The translations under genes were made by a program, and so were the position numbers. Under the pieces are notes generated by a model. That model did not search any database. It was not told where the DNA came from and was given only the letters and a program-made list of their open reading frames with translations. This document shows positions 44,201 through 53,496 of a DNA stretch of 64,000 nt, piece by piece; position 1 is the first letter of the stretch; every line of letters starts with the position of its first letter. Source of the stretch: Octopus vulgaris (Eukaryota); NCBI GenBank assembly GCA_951406725.2, contig OX597821.1, positions 85,374,001 through 85,438,000 of the forward strand, in the 5' to 3' direction.

Positions 44201-45363
44201 ATGGATGGATGGATGAATGGATGAATGAATGGATGGATGGATGGATGGATGGATGAATGGATGGTTGGATGGATGAATGGATAGTTGGATGGATAGATAG
44301 ATGGATGGATTGATAGATGGATGGATGTATGTATGTATGAATGGATGGATTGATGAATGGATGGACGGATAAATGAATGGATGTATGAATGGATTGATGG
44401 ATGAATGGATGGATGAATGGAAGGATGGATGAATGGATGGATGGAGGAATGGATGTATGAATGAATGGTTGATGGATGGATGGATGAATGGATGGATGGA
44501 TGAATGAATGAATGAATGGATGGATGGATGGATGTATGGATGAATGGAAGTATGGATGGATGGATGGATGGATTGATGGATGGACGAATGGATGGATGGA
44601 TGGATGGAAGTATGGATGGATGGATGGATGTATGGATGGATGGATGGATGCAAGTATGGATGGATGGATGGATGGATCGATGGATGGATGGATGGATGGA
44701 TGGATGGATGGATGGATGGATGGATGGATGGATGGATGGATGGATGGAATGGATGGAAGTATGGATGGATGGATGGATGGATGGATGGATGTGTGGAAGT
44801 ATGTATGGATGGATGTATGTATGGATGGATTAATTGATGGATGGATGGAAGTATGGATGGATGGATGGAAGTATGGATGGATGGACTGATGGATGGATGG
44901 ATGGATGGATGGATGGAAGTACGGATGGATGGATGGATGGTTAGAAGGATGGATGGATGTATGTATGGATGGTTGGATGGATGGATGGAAGTATGGATGG
45001 ATGTATGGATGTATTGATGGATGGATGGATGGATGGGTGCATGGATGGATGGATGGATGGATGGATGAAAGGATGGATGGATGGATGTATGTACGTAAGT
45101 ATGGATGGATGGATGGATAATTGGCTGGCTGGATGGATGGATGGAAGTATGGATGGTTGGAAGTATTGATGTTTGTATGTATGTATTGATTGATGGATGT
45201 ATGAATGGTTGGATGGATGGATTTATGGATGGATGGATTGAAGGATGGATTTATGGCTGAATGGATGGATGGACGTATGAATGGATGGATGGTTGGATTT
45301 ATGGATGGATGGATGGATTGAAGGATGGATGTTTTTCTGAATGGATGGATGGATGGATGGATG
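17205..45363. repeat. ~28.2-kb degenerate (GGAT)n/(GAAT)n tetranucleotide satellite with nested internal duplications
   Basis: Continuous ATGG units with single-base variants (GAAT, GTAT, AGAT, TGAT, GGTT, GCAT, CGAT); bounded by (GTTT)n on the left and (GT)n on the right. Confidence 0.99.
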
Positions 45364-45911
45364 TGTGTGTGTGTGTGCGTGTGTGTGTGTGTGTGTGTGT
45401 TTGTGTATGTATGTATTTTCTGAATAAACAAGATTTTAACTCATTTTATTAATCCATTCATTGTTTAATTTTCTTCAAGCAGATGTAATCATTTCATCTT
45501 TTATTCAAACATCATATATCCAGAACTACATCCCAGTTCTCTCCTCCCCACTCTCTCTCACGCGCGAGGTTTTTAATGAACATAGGCGGATTATAATTTG
45601 AGAGATTTATATTTAGTTGCTCCTTGTAGTTAGTATCTCCAGGGTGCATAATACAGGGATAAGGAGGTTTCTCTTTGTCGTGTTGCTACTTCTTCGCATC
45701 GACGGATCACAACCCTTCTACTACATGCATGTGATTAGAATATCGAAGAAGAGAACGGCAAAACAGATTGTTCAAGCCGAGCTAATCGCCGAAGGACTTC
45801 GGAATAAATAAAAAATGATACGTTTGGAGAATATCCGTAGTTTCAGTTGGTTACGCTAATGACTTGCTTCTGAATCCAACAGGAAAGTATAGAATGATGA
45901 TGATGATAATG

Positions 45912-46037
45912 AAATTATTGTATACAGTGCTCAGGTGCACCACAACTTGTCAGAAAGTGCGTATAAAGTATATGCAGTAATGTACAAAAGCCTGGAAAGC
46001 GAACAATGTATGAGTCAGATACATGCTTGTGTGTGTA
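45912..46037 (-). mobile_element. CR1-like LINE 3' UTR fragment
   Basis: Near-identical to 54481-54607. Confidence 0.8.
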
Positions 46038-46731
46038 TAATGACAGCAGACTTTTGAGTGGACCCTATGGGGGAAATGCTTGAGCACTCTATCCCAATGA
46101 CCCTCCCAGAAATATTGGATGGAGAAGAGGATGGACGGAATGTTACTATTTCTCGTACGTCAAATATAAGCGTAGAGGTTCCCGTCTTAGCTTGTAGAGC
46201 CATTTGTATGTGTAAACGTGGCAATTGAACAAGTAATCTCCCTTTATTTGATTTTAAAGCTTATTTGACTTCTTAGTGATTTGTGTTTGGTTTACATGTA
46301 TCATTAATTCCTTTAGTCTTATGATAAGATAGCATAGAGCACAACTTAGTGTCATGTCATGCAGCATGGGAGTATGTAGATAAAGTTAGTCCAAGAACCG
46401 AACCTTCGATCTTATGACCATAAACCCGGTATCCTAACAACGAGATCGCATGGCTTCACGCGTGCGCAAATTATGAATATCATTACATTTTTATGATATC
46501 GTGAATGAGGATTTTTTCCCGTTTTTTGTTTGTTTGTTTCATAATTAATTAAGAAAGGTAGTACCATGACCCCTTTCAGGGGCCTCTGATATTTGAAGGA
46601 AGGAGAGAGCGGACGGTATCCTCAAACCATAGACTTAACACGAATGTTTGCATCAAGTGAGAGCTAATGGTGTTAAACCGGGCGACGGAATAAGTCTGAG
46701 TGGCCCTGACAGGATATGAACGTAGAGCGCA

Positions 46732-46815
46732 CAGAATCGGAATCTTATTTCTTTTTTGCAGGCTCTCCGGGATCGAGACCAGCGCCAGCAAAAAAGAAAT
46801 AAGATACCGATTTTG
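46732..46815. ncRNA. Candidate pre-miRNA-like hairpin (32-bp stem, 20-nt loop)
   Basis: cagaatcggaatcttatttcttttttgcaggc / gccagcaaaaaagaaataagataccgattttg pair with 2 mismatches and 1 G-U. Confidence 0.35.
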
Positions 46816-46845
46816 AGACACTGCATCTTCTTCGTGACTCAGCAA

Positions 46846-46846
<1 letters not shown>

Positions 46847-46905
<59 letters not shown>
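46847..46905. repeat. (TA)n(GA)n microsatellite
   Basis: Directly visible. Confidence 0.95.
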
Positions 46906-46909
<4 letters not shown>

Positions 46910-47438
46910 GAAAAATAAAGGGGTATATCATGACCGATTGGTTTGGAGATTAATAAGGGCTACAATACCCCCGAATAAAATGTTGCAGGTTACTGGATGT
47001 TTTCAAATAGTGTAAAGTATTGTTTCAATAACTTCTATTTTAAAATACAGATCATGAATAAAGATTAGAAGTAAAGAAAACAATTTTGATTCTGACAAAA
47101 AAAGACCCCTTAATTTTCTCTATAATTCATATTATTTTGAAATCATTCAGTAGCAAAACAGCTGATCTTTTGGTATAGAGCAGAGATGGTCCTAATCTGA
47201 TAAAACTGAGGAAAAGCAATTCTCCGGCCTTGCAGATCCCGTCTTATTTTCGGACTTAGTGTATCTCTAATATTATTTAGAAAGATCTTCTATTTTTAGA
47301 TGGTTGAGTGTGATTTGAGGGAGATTTCTCTGATGTTTTGACTCCTCCATGGATTCCTATAAAAGTGGTGAATATATAAAGTAAACAAAAATTGAATTTT
47401 AACAATTAGTAAGAATTGAGAGTTATTTCCCTTGGACC

Positions 47439-47476
47439 ACTACGCTTTGATCTTAGCCAAAAGGCTGGGAAGTGAT
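47439..47476 (-). pseudogene. U2: 3'-truncated U2 snRNA retropseudogene (first ~38 nt)
   Basis: Reverse complement ATCACTTCCCAGCCTTTTGGCTAAGATCAAAGCGTAGT vs U2 5' end ATCGCTTCTCGGCCTTTTGGCTAAGATCAA(A)GTGTAGT; flanked by an 18-bp direct repeat (47424-47441 and 47477-47494, 2 mismatches). Confidence 0.9.
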
Positions 47477-49461
47477 TTTTTCCTTTGGACCACTCTGAGA
47501 ACCACGGCTATCTCTTGAGCGCGAGTGTGATATAGTAGCACATGCTAGGTTTTTCCTAATTGTTATTCAACAGACATGGGCACTTTCAGCTCTCCTATTC
47601 TTGATCTAGCTGCCAGATATAACACCTGAAGGGAGAGAGAGAAAGCGTGAGTAGAGCGGAACGTGAAATAAAGTGCCTTGCAAGACTACAACTTGCTTCC
47701 TAATCCAGAAATCGAAGCCACGTGAGCTCAATGCATTAACCATTAAGCTACATATATTTACTAGACCACTGAATATTTACATCTTTGTTTTGCAAACTAT
47801 TACATTTTATAGATGCTTATTATTATTATTTATTTCAATGAAAAGTTTACTTTTCCGGAGAACTTAATTTTAACCCAGGCACTAATTTCTTTAGAGGAAG
47901 AGCATAATCAAATTAGTCATCTGTTAAGGCATAGCCGTTCCTGGTTATTACTTTCAGATAGTATTTAAATTAACAGGTATTGTTTGGTGTATTGCATGAT
48001 CGAGCTCAGGTGTGTTTCTAGAGAATTACTAGTCATATGCAACTACTGTAACAGAACAAAAAAAAATTGTGGTTATTGGACATTCCGCTACAGCGACATT
48101 TTTTATTAGCTCTTTTAAATTGATATTTTTGCCGACGTTCTCCTAATACCGAAGTTTCAATTCGCAATTAAAGCTTAGATATTTTACATTGGCAATTTAT
48201 TTTAAAAAAAAGTGAAATCCTTACAACTTATTTCTCTTTTTAAAAAGCTCAACCAACCAACCATTTATTCATTCATCCATCCATCCATCCGGCTTCTTCG
48301 CTCTCTATTCCTGGAATAGTCGTGAAGATCGCGTCACAAGACACCTGTATAGAATCCTATCAGAAGGAACTATCATTAGACTTTCCTTCCCAATCATTAA
48401 TGAGCCCGCATAAGGGCTCTGGAACATGCATCCCTTGTGATTTCACTTCACGCCTCCCAGAACAAATTCTAGGCTTATTGCTGGTTGTACCGGGGTTGCG
48501 TGGAAGAGGCTGCTACACAGTTTTTGAACGGATCTTTCTGTTTTCTTGGTATTAATAATTACATTTTAGATTTCCTTTTTTTACAGTTCTCCAAATCTTC
48601 CTCTCTATATATTTTCAAAATAGAGACACGATAACCAGTATATCAGATAACCTCTTTGAATGAGATTCTCAGCTGTTGTCTATAAAACAGTCATTACTAT
48701 AAACTTAGATGTAATCTTGGTTCTTATTTACCTGAAATTATCTCCCCTTCTTCTTCTTGAGCCTTATTAACAATTACGAAATTTTAGTTTGCTTCGAACT
48801 CCCTTGAAATTAATTATCCAAAGTCATGCCATTGACTTATTTGAATTATTTCCCTTAGTTCATTCTATTTCTAATTATACAAGTTATACTGACCAATAAA
48901 ATTCTGTAACTCTTGTTTGTATATATAAAAATCTGTGTATCATACTTAGAGTAGATACATGGTTGAAAGCTTAATTATCTGTGGTAGTCGTCTTGAGATA
49001 TCTCTTGAAGATGTACAGTGTTTAAAAAACACAAAACAATATCAGAAGATGAAAATCGTCGAGTTGCGATGTTAGCATTGGTAAATGTATATTTCTGCCT
49101 CTTTGGGGTTTGTCTGTAGCTAGAATATACTGGCAACCACATGTTAAGACCAAAATCTGCCAATACTAATGTAGTAAAACAGTGATTGAAAAATTATCGA
49201 TGTTACAATTAGCTCACGGATTGATAGGTTCAGTTAGATTGTATTATGCTGATGCGGTCTAACAGACTGAAACATGTCTAGAGTTGTCCTGGTACTTTTT
49301 GGTGATCTCAGACCCATTAAAAAATTTCCATTAAAAAATTGGGTCATCTCCCCACTAAAATATTGAGTTTATGTGGCGACAAGAGATTAAATTAAAAGAG
49401 TTAGATCCTTTTGATTCAATACTTCAACACATTGTTGACTTTTGGCCTCCTCAATTGGCAC

Positions 49462-49580
49462 GGTATGATTTATTATAAAAATGTTATCAGATTCAATAAA
49501 ATGTTTAATTTTTTCAGTTTTGTATGATTTGTTTTAAAAATATTATCAGATTCAATAAGACGTTTAATCTTTTCGATTTT
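49462..49580. repeat. Two-copy ~60-bp tandem duplication
   Basis: gtatgattt...aaaaatRttatcagattcaataa...gtttaat repeated. Confidence 0.8.
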
Positions 49581-50000
49581 CATGTTTATTTATATTTCTT
49601 TTTTTTGTTTTATTGAGAGTTAAGCAATTTTTTTAGTTGGGGGAAATAACTCAATTTTTTTAACGGGGGTGAGAAAACCAAAGTGTACTGTTGTCGCTTG
49701 CCTATAAATTAAGACCAGGTTGTGCTACATCTAAATATGTAAAATAACTTTGCAAAATTAATTTCCTGAAACTATTTCCTCTTTACTAATAAATGCCACA
49801 AGGTTTTTAATTTTTTTCTCCTAAGAATTTGGTATTTTCAATCAATTAAATTTTTCTTTTCATACTGCATTTCAGTACATTGCTGCTATTTCTTCACCTA
49901 AAATTTTAAGTAAACTATTTTCTTTGCAGTTAGTAACTGGTGTACACCTTTGTGGGTTTACTGTTTGAGTTGACATCATTCAATATTATGTATTTCATAA

Positions 50001-50215
50001 AGCGGCAAGCTGGCAGAAACGTTAGCATGCTTGGTGAAATGTTTAATGGTATTTCGGCTGTCTTTACGTTCTGAGTTCAAATTCTACTAAGGTCGACTTT
50101 GCCTTTCATCCTCTCAGGGTTGATAAATGAAGTACCTGCTGCATACTGGGGTTGATCAAATCGACTGGCTCCTTCCTCCAAAATTTCAGGCCTTGTGCCT
50201 AGAGTAGAAAAGAAT
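50001..50215 (+). mobile_element. SINE (Meta-domain-like family)
   Basis: gcctttcatcctctcagggttgataaatgaagtacc core; TSD tatgtatttcata at 49987-49999 and 50215-50227. Confidence 0.9.
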
Positions 50216-50270
50216 ATGTATTTCATACTTCTGAAATTTCAGTCATAAGTATGGAAATACTCTAAAAAAT

Positions 50271-50474
50271 ATTCTCTTCTACGGCCTGGAATTTTGTGGG
50301 AGGGGACTAGTTGATTAGATCAACCCCAGTACGCAACTGGTACTTAATTTATTGACCCTGAAAGGATGAAAGGCAAAGTTGACCTTGGCAAAATTTGAAC
50401 TCAGAACGTAAAGACAGACGAAATACTGCTAAGCATTTCGCCCAGCATGCTAATGATTCTGCCAGCTCACCGCC
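50271..50474 (-). mobile_element. SINE (Meta-domain-like family), tail-to-tail with the previous copy
   Basis: Reverse complement homologue of 50001-50215. Confidence 0.9.
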
Positions 50475-51042
50475 TTTTCTGCCTTACTCTAAGAAAATTG
50501 ATGGTGGTTATTTTATATTAATTCCTGAGATGGAAAAATATTGTTATTTACCCATAGGTGCCATCATGGCTGTGTGGTTAAGAAGTTTGCTTCCCAGCCT
50601 CATAGCATGACATCTTGGGCAAGTGTTTTCTGCTATAGTCCTGTTTTTCTACCATTGTTTACAAAGACGTATTCATATACGAAATGTCATGACTTTCAGT
50701 GCTGGCTTTAAGTTCCTATAGAATATCTGTGGAAATAACTTTAAAAAGTGATATGTATATATGTGTGTGTGTGTCCTTGTCTTCAGATTGTGTGATAGTT
50801 GTAAATATGTACTGCTCTTAATACATGTGGAGTCATTCATTTCCAATATTCTGTGAAAGCATGTCGGGCCAATGGAGAATTATAGCCTGGCTTGGAAACA
50901 GGTGAGGGTTGATGAGAGAAAGTGCATCTGGCCATGTGAACTTCATCCAAACCATTCAAGCACAGACATTAAAACAACGATGGTGATGGTATACTGATGT
51001 ATTCAAACTAATGTCTTTACACTGATTGTTACAGTGTTTTAG

Positions 51043-51263
51043 CTGATGGGAAAATGTCCTTGTTTTGGACATCTAATCAGAGAATATCTCTGGTATGGAC
51101 AGCATAATGAGAACAATCTAGCTGCGTTGATTTAACAAAGTCTGCAGTTTAAAATAACAAAAGCTCTGCTGAATACAACAAACATCTGAATAAGACTGGA
51201 GAGAACAATGGCCAAAACATGGTGACTTAAAGAAGCAAGATGAGAATAGTTTTGGAGATACCA
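51043..51263 (+). other. Candidate 5' exon containing short ORF MGKCPCFGHLIREYLWYGQHNENNLAALI (51046-51135)
   Basis: Branch-like ctaat at ~51008, acceptor tgttttAG|, donor cca|GTGAGT; unique sequence between repeats. Confidence 0.4.
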
Positions 51264-51289
51264 GTGAGTTATAATTGCTTCACATTTAG

Positions 51290-51492
51290 GCAGAAGGGCA
51301 GCAACTTTCGGGGAAATGGTTAGTTATTTACATCAACCCCTGTACTTAATTGATACACTACTTTGTCAACCCCAGAGGTATGAAAGGTAAAGTTAACTCT
51401 GGTGAGATTTGAACTCAGAGTATAGAGAGTGATGACTAAATACTAAGTACTGCATTTTGTTTGCTGCACTAACAATTCTGCCAATCCACTGC
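51290..51492 (-). mobile_element. Diverged SINE (Meta-domain-like family)
   Basis: tgaaaggtaaagttaactctggtgagatttgaactcaga...ctaacaattctgcca. Confidence 0.7.
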
Positions 51493-51756
51493 TCTGTATC
51501 AATATGTAACAATGATTCATGTTTGTTGTTGTTTAGTACCTGGTCATCCTTCATTAAAAGTCCTTTGATGCATGGCCTCCCAGCTGTGACTCTCTTATCT
51601 CACTGTTTATTTGGGATAATCTTGCTTAATTCGTCCTTTCTCTTTTAAATCTTTTGTAACTACATTTCACTCTAATGAATCACTCCCACTGTGTGTTACC
51701 ATTAAACATCATAATGCTTTAAAATTGAAAATATTGTATTATTAAGCTCAAGGTGT

Positions 51757-52043
51757 GTGGAGGCACATGGCCTAGTGGTTAGAGCAGCGGACTCACGGTC
51801 GAGGGATTGCGGGTTCAAATCTCAGACCGGGCAATGTGTGTGTTTATAAGCGAAACACCTGAGCTCCATGTGGCTCTGGCAGAAGGTAATGGCGAACTTC
51901 TGCTGACTCTTTCACCACAAATTTCTCTCACTCTTTCTTCCTGCGATGGACTGGTGTCCTGTCCAGGTGGGGAACCTATATGCCAAGGAAACCGAGAAAC
52001 CAGCCCTATGAGCCAGGCATGGCTTGAGAAGGAACAAACAAAC
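51757..52043 (+). mobile_element. tRNA-derived SINE with V-domain-like core and (AAAC)n tail
   Basis: tggcctagtggttagagc A box, gggttcaaatc B box, gcgatggactggtgtcctgtccagg motif. Confidence 0.85.
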
Positions 52044-52053
52044 TCAAAGTGCA

Positions 52054-52262
52054 AGGTGATGAGCTGACAGAATTGTTAGCATGGTGGACAAATTGCTTAG
52101 CAGCATCATGTCTGTCTTTATATTCTGAGTTCAAATTCTACCAAGGTTGACTTTGCCTTTCAGGGTTGATAAATTAAGTACCAGTTGAGTACTGGGGTCG
52201 ATGTAATTGACTTAACCTCTCCATCAAAATTTCAGGCCTTGTGCCTATAGTAGAAAAGATTA
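52054..52262 (+). mobile_element. SINE (Meta-domain-like family)
   Basis: Homologous to 50001-50215. Confidence 0.85.
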
Positions 52263-52504
52263 TTAAACTTGAAGTAGTTTCAAACAGGTTCTTGTCAAAA
52301 GGTCATTTGAAGTTGATTTGGTTGCTATTTCTAGCAGGTTGAGTGACAATGGTTACCTCACTGGATCAAGATGCTGGAAGTAAGTGCAGTTAAACTTTCT
52401 GATATTTTGCAGTTAATTGAAATTAGCTGGGAAATCCACCTGTTTACATGCTATGATTTTCATTTGTCTGCTAAAGTCTGATTTGACTAAGTCTTTTATT
52501 TCAG

Positions 52505-52525
52505 CAGAAATTCAATACAAAAATT
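52505..52525 (+). other. Candidate 21-nt (or 18-nt, NAGNAG) 5'UTR micro-exon
   Basis: Branch point tgactaa at ~52484, acceptor tcttttatttCAG|CAG, donor att|GTAAGT. Confidence 0.6.
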
Positions 52526-52768
52526 GTAAGTGAATATTCTTTAAGTATTTAGCAATTAATATTGTATGATTATAATAATTCTTCATTTACATACAAAAGC
52601 ACCGATTGAAACCGTAAAATTAAATTTCTAAAAATGTAAATAATTGATTTGCAATTAATCTCAGATAATTAATGCAATATTTATGAATTCTGTTACTTTT
52701 ATGTCAGATTAAAATGCCAAATTACTGACCTGTTATCTCATAAATTTTAATTTAATTTTCTTCCAGAG

Positions 52769-52945
52769 ATGTCTAATGAATATCAGGCAGAGAAGACAGA
52801 CTTGCTTATCTCCTACAACACAATTGCTTCTGTTGCAGTTGTGGGTGTTTTGATGTTTTTGGCCATAACATATTTCTATTGGGAATATTGGTATGAAAGA
52901 CATCATTTGGAAACTGCCAACATGTGTGTTTGCCAGAAGTCATAA
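52769..52945 (+). CDS. Candidate 58-aa single-pass membrane micropeptide MSNEYQAEKTDLLISYNTIASVAVVGVLMFLAITYFYWEYWYERHHLETANMCVCQKS
   Basis: Strong acceptor taattttcttcCAG| at 52766 with ATG 2 nt downstream. Clear ~20-aa TM (IASVAVVGVLMFLAITYFYW) with aromatic boundary and C-terminal CVC. AATAAA at 52945-52950. Non-repetitive sequence. Confidence 0.65.
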   Translation: MSNEYQAEKTDLLISYNTIASVAVVGVLMFLAITYFYWEYWYERHHLETANMCVCQKS

Positions 52946-53050
52946 ATAAAAGTCTCAAAGCATCTCAAAGTTGAACCCTGTGCTGTCAACCTATGGTAAT
53001 GATCACCTGAAACTAATATTTTTGTTTTTTACCATCACATCAACACACGG

Positions 53051-53350
53051 ACATTATTTGAACAGTTAAACATTATTTGAACAGTTAAAAGCACCATCTG
53101 ACATTATTTGAACAGTTAAAAACACCATCCGAGCGTGGCCGTTCGCCAACCTCGTCTGGCATCTGTGTCGGCGGCACATAAAAAGCACCCACTACACTCA
53201 CGGAGAGGTTGGCGTTAGGAAGGGCATCCAGCCGTAGAAACACTGCCAGATCTGACTGGGCCTGATGCAGCCTTCGGACTTCCCAGACCCCAGTTGAACC
53301 GTCCAACCCATGCTAGGATGGAAAGCGGACGTTAAACAACGACGATGATG
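53051..53350 (+). mobile_element. RTE-type 3' fragment (53120-53350) preceded by a triplicated 19-20 bp junction sequence
   Basis: acattatttgaacagttaa x3 at 53051-53119, then the family sequence ending aaacaacgacgatgatg. Confidence 0.85.
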
Positions 53351-53496
53351 AAAAGCAGTGCTTCCAATGAGTTCCTAATTTTTTTTATGGAGTTATAAAT
53401 ATCCCAGGCCCAGAGACAATTCCAGTGATCTACTATTATCTAGACTGGAGCTGATTAAGTGAAATGGCCAAATTGTTGGAGCATCAGCCTCATGCT

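Noticed and set aside
17127-45431. Very long minus-strand ORFs (up to 1188 aa, HPSI repeats) and plus-strand MDGW ORFs
   Set aside because: (CATC)n has no stop codon in any frame; ORFs overlap in all three frames, with no unique domains or splice support
46685-46702. ggaataagtctgag resembling RNase P RNA CR-I
   Set aside because: No matching CR-V (AAUUCAGAC) downstream
53051-53119. Short direct repeats reminiscent of CRISPR
   Set aside because: Eukaryotic context, no regular unique spacers, no cas genes
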